NCBI GenBank assembly: GCA_964016885.1
Contig: OZ024740.1
Location: 156,798,001-156,862,000, forward strand
Direction of reading: 5' to 3'
Length of the DNA: 64,000 nt
Origin: Eledone cirrhosa
Lineage: Eukaryota
This document shows, piece after piece, positions 14,810 to 26,941 of this stretch. The notes under the pieces were generated by a model, which saw only the letters and a program-made list of their open reading frames with translations, was not told the origin of the DNA and did not search any database. How positions within the stretch are numbered: the first letter of the stretch is position 1; each line of letters opens with the position of its first letter. The position numbers and the translations under genes are program-made.

Positions 14810-16480
14810 CTTAGTCTCTATGTTGTGAGGTTGTTATAATTCAATGCGCATTTTCTATTTAATTATGGTCTAAGTTCATTCATGTTCGTTGCTTCTGTCT
14901 GAGTATTGCGTCTGTTCGGTGTGAATATATAATATAACATATGGTGTCTAAATGTTGTTGTAAGAGTGTAGCATCAGTCTGATTCTTGATTGCCTGTTCC
15001 ACTATCGGGTCATCAGCATAGCTAGTGAAGGAGTCTTCCTGTATTACGGAGGCCATATCTGAGAGGGCCACCAGTGGTCCGAAGACAGTTCCCTGTGGTA
15101 TACCACTTGTTATTGATATTTCTTTTGAGAGGGCTATGTTCACTACAACAGTCTGGCATCTGTCTTCTAAGAAGTTGTAATGGAGCTATTCACCTAAATT
15201 TTCAACTATGCCGAAACTACATAATTTGTGACATGTCATTACTCGACTAACTTTGTTGAAGGCTTTCTCAATGTCAAGAAACATCACATCAATGTTTGAA
15301 CTGCCTAGCAGCTGTTTCAGTATCCAGTCACAATGCTGTAAGAGCTGTATAAAACAGCTTCTTCCCGGGCGAAAGCCTTGCTGTATGTAGGTTAGTAGGT
15401 CATTTTTCTTTAAGAATGGGATCAGTTCCTTCTTATATTGATATCTGAAGTCAGAGTGACAGGTCTGTAAATTTTAACATCTGCTCTAATTCCTCCTTTA
15501 TGGATAGTAGACATGCTTTAGTTTAGCTTTCTGGGAATTTACCAATTACCCGGAAACATTGGAAGAGAATCTGCAGTGGTTTTGTTAAGGTTAGTTTGCA
15601 AATTTTTAGGAAGATAGCAGAGAATCCATCAGGGCCAGTAGCTGAATTTGGTCTAATTTCACCTCCTTTATATGTAAATAGTTAATGATTATCATTTCTC
15701 AAGTAGCGCTGTAGTGTCAAAGAACTCATCTGGCACATTTATTTGCTTGTGCCTCATTATTGGTGTGAAAACACATTTATATTGCTCGTTCAGTAGCTTA
15801 CTAATCCCTTTGGTACATGTGACTAGGGAGAAATTTTTATGGAAAAGTGACTCTATCCTAAGACAGTCTACTTTGCATATTCAAAGATGACCTTAACTTT
15901 TGACTTTATATTTTCTACAGCCCTAGCCTCTCTTTCTGTCCTCTACTTTTTATGGGAGAATTTGAATTCCGTTTCAATTTCAAACAGTGCCTGCTTCAAA
16001 TGGGATTCCTTCTTGTTTTTAATTGTATATTTAGCTGGTTTGAGATTTTCCTGATAATTAAGGCTGGATAAAACCGGATGGTTCCTGTTGAGGTGATATC
16101 TTCAGTCTTCTTCTGATTATATGTTGTTATTTCTACTATGTTGTGATCCAGGAATATCCTTGGTGTCCACTTTACATTATGGAAGGTACCCTGCTATTTG
16201 TGAAGCAGAGATCCTGGACCCTTTCACTTGTTGTTGACTGAGGTGCCATTTGTTACACAAACAGTCTATTTGTAAGATCTGTTTGTCTGTATTCCTGGCA
16301 TTCGGACCATTTGACCTTGGGGAGGTTAGTTTCCTAGCAATAAGGTCGTTTGGTGACCGATATATGATATGATACATATTACCATTTCGGGTTACTTTAG
16401 TGTGATATTAGTGTTAGAGACAGAGTTGGAAAGTGACAACCGTAGTAAAACTGTGACATATTCACGGATATACAAAATGA
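14810..16480 (-). mobile_element. Decayed CR1/L2-type LINE (APE endonuclease + RT)
   Basis: SGIPQGTVFGPL and SYADD RT motifs, FLDIEKAFNKV-like motif, IYRSPN endonuclease motif; heavily disrupted. Confidence 0.78.
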
Positions 16481-16547
16481 ATGCTGTACAAAATACACCA
16501 TAATTTGGAATGCACTAATACACACACGCACACACACATGCACACAC

Positions 16548-16604
<57 letters not shown>

Positions 16605-16607
<3 letters not shown>

Positions 16608-18180
16608 TATATTATATTTTGAGAATAAACTCTCAGTCGTTTACAATAATCAAGCTCCAAGAAAAGGAGCATTTCCGAGCAGTTAAATACATTAAAATAT
16701 ATGATAAACACAAAACGTGTTTGCATTGCAACAGACAAAGTTAGCTATTAATGAAATAAACTAATTAAAGTGAATACAATTTGTCTGTCTCGATAAAAGT
16801 CAATAAAGTCAAGCTTATATTGGCAACGGCCATGATTCCTGGACAGATTTAAATTTCAAAATCCAAACCTGTTCCGTAGAAGAATTTGAACCTCGAAACC
16901 TAAATCCGTTTCGCAACGGTGGTATGTGAATTGAAAAATAAAGAAAATCGAAATGGAATTGAAATAAAAAGTGAAATACCCAAATCTTCTGTGCTTATCA
17001 ACAGGAATCCAGTAAAATTAGTACATCTCACATCAAAAGTTTTGCAGGTCTGACTACACGTGTGTAGACAAGCCAAACTAGCCGTCCCGCATTCACGGTG
17101 CTAGAAATAACAGCCGTTTATGCGGGATTAAAGTTCAGCTCTACAGTTAAGGAGCAATATACTATATTATATTTTGAGAATAAACTCTCAGTCGTTTAGA
17201 ATAATCAAGCTCCAAGAAAAGGGGCATTTCCGAGCAGTTAAATACATTAAAATATATGATAAACACAAAACGTGTTTGCATTGCAACAGACAAAGTTAGC
17301 TATTAATGAAATAAACTAATTAAAGTGAATACAATTTGTCTGTCTCGATATAAGTCAATAAAGACAAGATTATATTTTCAATTCACAAACCACCGTTGCG
17401 AAACGGATTTAGGTTTCGAGGTTCAAATTCGTCTACGGAACAGGTTTGGATTTTGAAATTTAAATCTGTCCAGGAATCATGGCCGTTGCCAATATAGGCT
17501 TGTCTTTATTGACTTATATCGAGACAGACAAATTGTATTCACTTTAATTAGTTTATTTCATTAATAGCTAACTTTGTCTGTTGCAATGCAAACACGTTTT
17601 GTGTTTATCATATATTTTAATGTATTTAACTGCTCGGAAATGCCCCTTTTCTTGGAGCTTGATTATTCTAAACGACTGAGAGTTTATTCTCAAAATATAA
17701 TATAGTATATTGCTCCTTAACTGTAGAGCTGATCTTTAATCCCGAATAAACGGCTGTTATTTCTAGCACCGTGAATGCGGGAGGGCTAGTTTGGCCTGTC
17801 TACACGCGTGTAGTCAGACCTGCAAAATTTTTGATGTGAGATGTACTAATTTTACTGGATTCCTGTTGATAAGCACAGAAGATTTGGATATTTCACTTTT
17901 TATTTCAATTCCATTTCGATTTTCTTTATTTTTCAATTCACATACCACCGTTGCGAAACGGATTTAGGTTTCGAGGTTCAAATTCGTCTACGGAACAGGT
18001 TTGGATTTTGAAATTTAAATCTGTCCAGGAATCATGGCCGTTGCCAATATAAGCTTGTTTTTATTGACTTATATCGAGACAGACAAATTGTATTCACTTT
18101 AATTAGTTTATTTCATTAATAGCTAACTTTGTCTGTTGCAATGCAAACACGTTTTGTGTTTATCATATATTTTAATGTAT
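16605..18180. repeat. Non-coding 555-bp unit in partial tandem, folded back on itself
   Basis: Unit starts at 16605 and again at 17160. From about 17376 the same unit runs in reverse, repeating at 17391 and 17946. Bounded by (TA)n. Confidence 0.92.
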
Positions 18181-18238
18181 ATATATATATATATATATTT
18201 ATTTATTTATATATGCATATGTACATATATATATATCC

Positions 18239-18274
<36 letters not shown>

Positions 18275-18302
18275 TTATACTTTCATATCAAAAACTTTTC
18301 AA

Positions 18303-18387
<85 letters not shown>

Positions 18388-18530
18388 TAAAGAGTTAAAC
18401 AAGATTCAATGAGTACATCAAAGAATGAGTTTTACAGTAGATTGAAACCACTCTACAGGAATATATTTTCCAGAGTTATTAATATTAAAATACAAATATT
18501 AATAAAATAGATGTTCTTGTAATCAATTAA

Positions 18531-18583
18531 ATTTTATTATATATATTTCAGAGGTACAACAGTACGTCCTCATCAGATTAAAT
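18531..18583 (-). ncRNA. Minimal type-I hammerhead ribozyme motif
   Basis: Mirror image of the motif at 18697-18749. Confidence 0.7.
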
Positions 18584-18696
18584 AAAATGATACAGGACAT
18601 ACCCTGAGAAGTTAAATGGTTAAGATTTAATCAAGGTAGACTACCTTGATTAAATCTTAACCATTTAACTTCTCAGGGTATGTCCTGTATCATTTT

Positions 18697-18749
18697 ATTT
18701 AATCTGATGAGGACGTACTGTTGTACCTCTGAAATATATATAATAAAAT
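18697..18749 (+). ncRNA. Minimal type-I hammerhead ribozyme motif
   Basis: ATTTAAT-CTGATGA-GGAC GTAC TGTT GTAC CTCT-GAAA-TATATA-TA-ATAAAAT: stems I and II, palindromic stem III, AUA site. Confidence 0.7.
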
Positions 18750-18790
18750 TTAATTGATTACAAGAACATCTATTTTATTAATATTTGTAT

Positions 18791-18839
<49 letters not shown>

Positions 18840-18840
<1 letters not shown>

Positions 18841-19026
18841 CGAAGGAAAAGTGGTAAGGAACCAGGTGGACCATAACACACCAAAGTACTCAATACTTAG
18901 AGTAGTAGAGTGGGTAATAGGAGTAAGTAAGACCCCGACGGCTGAGCTCAAGCCGTTTCGACGGCTAATTCTGTCAGAATTAGCCGTCGAAACGGATTGA
19001 GCTCAGCCGTCGGGGTCTTACTTACT

Positions 19027-19031
<5 letters not shown>
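18840..19031. mobile_element. Penelope-like pLTR tail (family B) with 57-bp-arm palindrome centred at 18974
   Basis: Arms 18917-18973 and 18975-19031 with one mismatch. Homologous to 42995-43197 and about 27895-28020; flanked by (TA)n. Confidence 0.7.
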
Positions 19032-19066
<35 letters not shown>

Positions 19067-19718
19067 TATGTATGCATATAGATATAGACATATACAAAAA
19101 TATATATTTATATATACATATATGCACACACATATATATGAATATATATGTGTGTGTGTGTGTAAATGTGTGTGTATATGTATGTATGTGTGTATGTATG
19201 TATAATGTGTATATATTTACACAGAATATATCAAAAGATAGAGATAAATTTATAGATAGAGTGAGGGAGAATGAGAGAGAAAGAAACATTCGAAGACAAT
19301 TTTTTTTTCTTTCGGCTTGTTACTTGCACGACAAGCAACTGACATTGCGTGCTTCTTCTTCTTTTTGTGGTTGCGATTATTGTTTTCTGTATATAACAAT
19401 GTTCTATTTAGATATATTTATCTGTCAAATTCATAAAGTTACATGAGCAAGAAAAGACATGGGCTGACACGATGAAATTACTTGATGGTGATCGGTTCTC
19501 ATCGCCTGGGAGTCTTTCTAATATACACACACCATATCACTATCTCTTTCACAAATACAAACTCACACACATATGCTCACACACATACATGCACACACAC
19601 TCACACACAGACACACATATATAAATGTATATATATCTATATATCTATATATATATACATAAATAAGAGTGAGAAATGAAATTTCGTTTCATTTTTTCCA
19701 TTTATATATATACACATA

Positions 19719-19881
<163 letters not shown>

Positions 19882-20033
19882 CGTTGACAAATATATCAAT
19901 ATGCCCAAACATGCAGATATATTGCCCTTGGTATGACAGTGTGGTTTTAGCTCAATGTAGGATAACTAGTATACTACAGAGCCGTTATAATTATAGGAAT
20001 AACCAAAGAGGGCTTAGAAATACATTGTTTTAT

Positions 20034-20083
20034 TAGCTAACAGCGTTTCATCCATACACCATGGCAGGAATCATCAGAACCTA
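20034..20083 (-). ncRNA. Minimal hammerhead motif
   Basis: Minus strand reads TAGGTT-CTGATGA-TTCCTGCCATGGTGTATGGAT-GAAA-CGCTG-TT-AGCTA. Confidence 0.62.
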
Positions 20084-22137
20084 TAAACATGAGTATATCA
20101 GTAGTTGCATGCTCCATGGAGCTGTGTCACCAGAACAAGGTTAAAGGACCTCGCTATATGGAAATACATTAAGCACATAAAGTCATAAAATATCTTAAAA
20201 ATTTAAAAATTAAAAATTAAAAATGACGCCAAATATTTATCACTTAAATGGTGCAATAGATAATAAAGGGGTTGGGAGAGGGTAGCAAGGGATGAGCGAG
20301 GGTATTACTCAGCATGATCAGAAACAATAAGAAAATAATAAAAAGTACAAAAATATAGGGATAAGAAAAGAGATAAATATAAAAATACAAAGCAATAAAG
20401 GAACAAAAAACCCGGAAACCCCAAAGAAATATAAGACAAAGCAAAGCATAGATGCATCAAAGCACAAGCAGTGCAAAAAGAGGATGTACAGGTAGATCAA
20501 GAGAGTTTGCAAGCATGAGTCTGTGAAAAGAATAGTTGGTTAGCAGTGGTGCAGCCTTACATGTATGATAGTCCATATGAGGGATGGCTTACTCCAAATA
20601 TATCGCCTTGTAACAGGTCGATTCTCCTTATCATATCTGCACCCTACGAACCACATCGATATGTTCCAGTTCCGAACGTTAAGTGAGATAACACTAATTT
20701 TCAAAAACCTATACCTAGGGATTTATCACCATAGGCGGTCTGGGATATGCACCTAAAATCTAAAATAAAAAATAAAAGAAAGTACGACGAATTAAAGAAA
20801 TGTAAGGTACATATACAGCCGGCGCAGATGTGAGGAAATTGAAAACACGCCAGATCCGCAGAAACTGGCTTTCCCCCAAATCCTCACGTTCGGTCGCTCA
20901 ATCCAACGTGCCAGGTGAGATTCACTGTATGTCCAAGTTGGCGTTCAACCAATGTATCGCACCGCATACAACTGTACCACAGTAAATACAAATCGTGATG
21001 GCTATCCCGTTACATATAGAGAAAAAGTGTATACAGGAAACTCCGCTTCCAGAATCACATATGGCAGAATGAATATATATTGTTATAATAACAGGCGGGG
21101 TGGTTATAGTGAGTGCAAATTTCTGTAGAAAATATAGATATATATATAGAAGGGAGAACTCACAACCAAATCTGTCAATGACAGCTATGTTATTTATATT
21201 TCCGCCACGTGGTTTTCGTTTAGATTATTAACTCTGGAGGTTGCAGTCCATTCACAGTCAGGTGTGACCCCTCCTGGGTCGGCGGGAGTTCAATATCCAG
21301 TGCTGTATTTTGCCTTGAGTGTGGTTCTATAATTCATCAAAGCTGGATCGCAATTCATATTCAACTAACTCCAACTTTCAAAGATTAATCTCTCGCTCGT
21401 AACACACAACGGTAGTCTCATGATATGATAAGGAGAATCGACCTGTTACAAGGCGATATAATTTGAGTACACCATCCCTCATATGGACTATCATACATGT
21501 AAGGCTGCATCACTGCTAACCAACTATTCTTTTCACAGACTCATGCTTGCAAACTCTCTTGATCTGCCTGTACACGCTCTTTTTCCACTGCTTGTGCTTT
21601 GATGCCTCTATGCTTTGCTTTGTCTTATATTTCTTTGGGGTTTCCGGGTTTATTGTTCCTTTATTGTTTTGTATTTTTATATTTATCTCTTTTCTTATCC
21701 CTGTATTTTTGTACTTTTTTATTATTTTTTTTATTATTTTCTTATTGTTTCTGATCATGCTGAGTAATACCCTCACTCATCCCTTACTACCCTCTGCCAA
21801 CCTCTTTATCATCTATTGCACCATTTAAGTGATACAATTTTGGTCTAATTTTTTATTTTTTATTTTTTTTATTTTATTTATTTATTTATTTTTTTTTTTT
21901 TATTTATTTTTTTTTTTTTAATTTATTTTATTTTTTTTTTTTTTTTATTTATTTTTTTTTATTTATTTTTTTTTTTTATTGTTTTTTTATTTTTAAGACA
22001 TTTTATGACATTATGTGCATCATGTATTCTGCCTTTTTCCATATAGCGCTGGCCTCGGGACCCCCCTGCTGGTCCTTTAACCTTTTTCTGGTGACGCAGC
22101 TCGATGGAGCATGCAACTACTGATATACTCATGTTTA

Positions 22138-22187
22138 TAGGCTCTGATGATTCCTGCCATGGTGTATGGATGAAACACTGTTAGCTA
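22138..22187 (+). ncRNA. Minimal hammerhead motif
   Basis: TAGGCT-CTGATGA-TTCC..GGAT-GAAA-CACTG-TT-AGCTA followed by ATAAAA. Confidence 0.65.
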
Positions 22188-22231
22188 ATAAAACAATGTA
22201 TTTCTAAGCACTCTTTGGTTATTCCTATAAC

Positions 22232-22254
<23 letters not shown>

Positions 22255-22262
<8 letters not shown>

Positions 22263-22424
22263 AGATCAAAAGATGGTTAAAGGAGTTCCATATATTTTAT
22301 TACATACATTATAACATACATTATATGTGAAAACACAAATATTATTGCATGATGATGTTTGTTTTTGAAATGCGCATAATAAAATATATGGAACTCCTTT
22401 AACCATCTTTTGATCTTATATTAT
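22255..22424. repeat. Short inverted repeat (about 48-bp arms) with degenerate hammerhead
   Basis: 22255-22302 versus 22377-22424; ATGATGA..GAAA-TGCGCA-TA-ATAAAA at 22349-22384. Confidence 0.7.
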
Positions 22425-22510
22425 GCATACTCCAGTCCCACAAACTGTAGAGTGCTTCTTATCCGATATCTGCATTGCTTTATTGTACTACAATAAAACT
22501 CACCTCCTAC

Positions 22511-22554
<44 letters not shown>

Positions 22555-22557
<3 letters not shown>

Positions 22558-25223
22558 AGTGACCTACATTCCGCGGGCTCACATACATTCTATGTGCGTG
22601 ATTTGGCTCAGTTCAGCCAATCAGCGCCAGTAGAAGAGGATGTATCCCTACGCGCCCTGAGGAAGAAATTCACCGCGAAGGCTTGAAGAATCTCGCTCTT
22701 GTACCGGAAACTTCAAGCCAGCAACACGCATAATGTAACAGTGAGATATTGCACCACTAGCCTCGCCGGCTTAACGGCGCAATGGCACATTTCCTATTGT
22801 AACCTCTTTGTATCTGTAACTTCAACCATATAAATAAACAAACATTTCATCTCTAATTTCTGCTGTTATTATGTCACTTGCATCTCAATAACATCTTTAA
22901 TCCATGCTGCTGGAATTGGCGACCTGACGAAAGGAATATTGTAAATAGATGGTAAATAGATCGAGGGACCTTCCCTCACGTCTATGTCAACAAGATAATC
23001 CAACGAGGATACTATCACTTACCACACTGGCAACTAACGACCACTGATTCTACCACCCCGCTAAAGTGGCGATAACATCTACAACTAATACTGCTAAAGT
23101 GGTGACCGACGTAAGAATATCACGCAGCCCTTCTTATTCATTCAGTTTAACTTTTATTGCCACGTCGCAACTTGCGAAAATCCAGAATATTCCTTTTAAG
23201 ATTTTTGAAAAATTAGCAGTATTTCAAAAACTTTTTCGCCACGAAAAAATTTCAAGATGGCTACCGACATGTCATGGCTACGCTTGACAACAACAATGAC
23301 AGCAGCAGCGACAGCGTTGTTTAACCACTGACCAATACTGGGAACAGTGAGTGGCAGCTTCATAACCTTACCAACGCCAACCACCATACATCGGAAATTT
23401 ATTTCAAAACGGCTTGTAACTTTACCGACGCAACCACCATACCTTCTGTCTCGTTACCACAGGGACGCGAGAAATTGAGACAGTAGTTTTCTCACCATTA
23501 TGGTGTCAGACGTGACTGCCATATTTGGTGACTCCTACTCTACAGAAGATTCTTTGACTTTGCTTTAACAATAAGCAACACAACCGTGTGGCGGGACGGG
23601 AAAATGGCCACGAAATCTCACAAAAACACCATACATCTAACCCCTAACGGCATTAACAAACTTCTTTTTCAGTTTTCAGATAGAACTAGTGTCTGTACAC
23701 TGGTGATGTGTGAACTATTTGACTTTGAAAAACTTTGAACTTATTGAGCAATTTCTCTGCTCCCCTAGATTGACTTTGAATTATCAGTTTGTTACATTCA
23801 CATATTTCTTTGTAGAATGCATTTACTTGTTTTGTGCTCTTTTGCTATTTGCTTGCTCATGGTTTTTGTTCATTCACATTCTTTGCTGTTTTACATGCCT
23901 GCATATGCACACATTTTTTTTATCACACACCAACATGTTGTTCTTGGTATATGTTCTTCAAACGTAATATTCTGCGAGTCCCTTTTCACCTGGTTGAGAT
24001 GCTGGCAGCTCACAGAGCTTAATCCACTGGATTCATACAGGCACCGCAACACGGGAATTCTAATTGCAGCTGAACTCAAACAGCTTCGCATCTCGTTGCA
24101 CACTGATCGTCCTTGACGGCCATCCGTCTTGTTGTTTTTGCCCGACTCGCTGGGAAAGCAACAAATTGAACTGGACTTGTTAGCATTTCGGCCACTTCTG
24201 TGGATTCGCCCAAATTATGGAATTTACACTGCAACCCACCTACAAATTAAACTTGCCTTTTGTTCTTTACAAAGCAACCAGCCATTTTTTCCTGGCTCCA
24301 CAGCACATTCGACAATACATCTGGGGGCCATCATTTTCTCGCCAGCACTGGTAAACTACCATAATAGCTTCGTTCACAGCTACTGGTACAACGCTTACCA
24401 TTAACATTTAATGCAAGAACAGCAACCTCGCCTATGTCAGACTTTATCCGTTTTTTGTTAGACCTTTGGCGGTCACGTATAAACAACAAAACAACTGGTC
24501 ATTTGACACAGCGGCTCAACACGGCCCGTAGCGCCTCATTTTTTGTTCTTGCATGCAACCTTCTGCTCAATTATTTTTTTCACTGATGTGCTCTTTCAGC
24601 ATTTCTTCTTGCTGATTTAATATGTGAGTCCTTGGTTTCATCGTTATCGATTTTCGGCTGAAAATCTGGTTGGAGGTGATATAGTGACCTACATTCCGCG
24701 GGCTCACATACATTGTCTGTGCGTGATTTGGCTCAGTTCAGCCAATCAGCGCCAGTAGAAGAGGATGTATCCTTACGCGCCCTGAGGAAGAAATTCACCG
24801 CGAAGATTTGAAGAATCTCGCTCTTGTACCGGAAACTTCAAGCCAGCAACACGCATAATGTAACAGTGAGATATTGCACCACTAGCCTCGCCGGCTTAAC
24901 GGCGCAATGGCACATTTCCTATTGTAACCTCTTTGTATCTGTAACTTCAACCATATAAATAAACAAACATTTCATCTCTAATTTCTGCTGTAATTATGTC
25001 ACTTGCATCTCAATAACATCTTTAATCCATGCTGCTGGAATTGGCGACCTGACGAAAGGAATATTGTAAATAGATGGTAAATAGATCGAGGGACCTTCCC
25101 TCACGTCTATGTCAACAAGATAATCCAACGAGGATACTATCACTTACCACACTGGCAACTAACGACCACTGATTCTACCACCCCGCTAAAGTGGCGATAA
25201 CATCTACGACTAATACTGCTAAA
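22555..25223 (+). mobile_element. Non-autonomous Gypsy-type LTR retroelement
   Basis: Two 544-bp direct repeats (22555-23098, 24680-25223) with about 8 differences by eye. PBS-like TGGTGACCGACGT at 23100 resembles the tRNA-Trp PBS TGGTGACCCCGACGT. Purine-rich tract before the 3' LTR; no recognisable gag/pol ORF. Confidence 0.85.
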
Positions 25224-25231
25224 TATGTATA

Positions 25232-25235
<4 letters not shown>

Positions 25236-25326
<91 letters not shown>
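25236..25326. repeat. (TG)n microsatellite
   Basis: Directly visible. Confidence 0.97.
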
Positions 25327-25328
<2 letters not shown>

Positions 25329-25767
25329 GCTCAGCATAGCCAAATTATTAAGAAACTCATTTCACAATTATTAGATTCCGGCTTCATTCTACTGCGAGAC
25401 AGTGTCAGTTACCATGCCTTCAGGCGCAAACCAGAAACTTGTTGGATGGGCTGTACTTATACTTCAAAGAGCCACCCTTGTCATACACTGTGTCACACTG
25501 AATCTCTCTGAGATTTTCCTTACGTATATATATATATATATATATATATCCAAAATTAAGATAAATTAAATGAATTTAATCTAAATCAAAATTATGGGTG
25601 TCATGCCAGAAAGACATGCGCCATATCACCCGGAAAATAAGCTCTAAGATTTTTGAAGTTCTGGTTAACTTTATTTAGTTACCTACCTAGCTATGTGTGG
25701 TTACACACTTGTAAAAATTATCTCCTGTGATTATTCATGTTTATTTATATGTTAATCAATTTCTAGT

Positions 25768-25816
<49 letters not shown>

Positions 25817-25864
25817 TATAGATAGGTAAATATACACGGGTGTGTATGATTGTGTATAGAAGAT

Positions 25865-26466
25865 TATATTAATAAGAGGAATTCCAACTTTGTCTGATTT
25901 ACTCGTTTTATTTACAATCCTTTAAAATATATATAAAATGGTATTATAATGAAATAGTATGATAGAATATTAAATTCTAAGTGTTAATTGAACAAGTACT
26001 TTCATGCTTTCGCAATCTTCAGGTTCATGATATGTGGTGACAGTCGAGTTTGCAATTTTCAACTGTAATGAGATGGGTAAATTTCCTACCTTTTATACAT
26101 TTTAACGGTCGTTAGCATGCTCAACCAGCCGTGACGCTTAAACCAATCAGCTGTAGTAATTCAGTGAAACTACACACTGATTGGTCGAAATACAGTTTAC
26201 AGGGCTTTGGATTCTGGAGCCACTTTTCTCTGTATAAAATGTATAAAAGGTAGGAAATTTACCCATCTCATTACAGTTGAAAATTGCAAACTCGACTGTC
26301 ACCACATATCATGAACATGAAGATTGCGAAAGCATGAAAGTACTTGTTCAATTAACACTTAGAATTTAATATTCTATCATACTATTTCATTATAATACCA
26401 TTTTATATATATTTTAAAGGATTGTAAATAAAACGAGTAAATCAGACAAAGTTGGAATTCCTCTTA

Positions 26467-26474
<8 letters not shown>
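25865..26474. repeat. Inverted repeat, 240-bp arms and 130-nt spacer (Penelope pLTR-like)
   Basis: 25865-26104 versus 26235-26474, essentially identical; ends in (TA)n. Confidence 0.92.
25989..26027 (-). ncRNA. Minimal type-I hammerhead motif
   Basis: Minus strand reads TGAAC-CTGAAGA-TTGC GAAA GCAT-GAAA-GTAC-TT-GTTCA: perfect stem I, palindromic stem III AAGTACTT. Confidence 0.75.
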
Positions 26475-26515
<41 letters not shown>

Positions 26516-26941
26516 CTATATTTGTATTGGTGTTTTGACATAGCGATAAACATGTACGTATTGTATATAGAATAATATAAGGAATGTTTATGAAAAACAT
26601 TCAAAGATCTTTTGCTATGAATTTTAAGTTTGTGTCAGCAAAAACAGGTTCAAGTAATCGACGTTGCCACCGTTTCTCACTTGTTAATGTTTATCAAAAC
26701 TACATATCTCCCTGCCTTTACTGAAGCTAAAGTAAGAGAGATTCATATAGAATTCTGCTTATGTTTATGAGCTGATGAAACTCAATTGCTTACGGAGCTG
26801 TAGCCGGTTAACATAAACTAAAAATTTGTGTTGGTGCTCTGACATAGCGATATACATAGGTATATGACGATGGTCGCAACCTTAAAATTCATAGCGAAAG
26901 GTCTTCAAATGTTTTTCAATAAGTACATTTATATGTATATA

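Larger units (their letters stand above)
18487..18793. repeat. Perfect palindrome, about 153-bp arms, centre 18640
   Basis: Arms are exact reverse complements around CAAGGTAG-A-CTACCTTG. Confidence 0.95.
19986..22232. mobile_element. Long inverted pLTR pair (Penelope-like, non-coding)
   Basis: 19986-20637 is the reverse complement of 21422-22232, with substitutions and an expanded T-rich tract. A hammerhead motif sits in each outer end; (TA)n on both sides. Confidence 0.8.

Noticed and set aside
17100-17111. GCTAGAAATAAC, resembling the Cas9 sgRNA scaffold GCTAGAAATAGC
   Set aside because: Short chance match in eukaryotic repeat DNA; no CRISPR array or cas genes anywhere in the window.
17735-17790. 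Twister-like string TAA-TCCCG..CGG..AGC-CCG..GGGAGGG
   Set aside because: The loop lacks the CCC/AAGC pattern needed for the T1 pseudoknot; kept only as a hairpin within the 555-bp unit.
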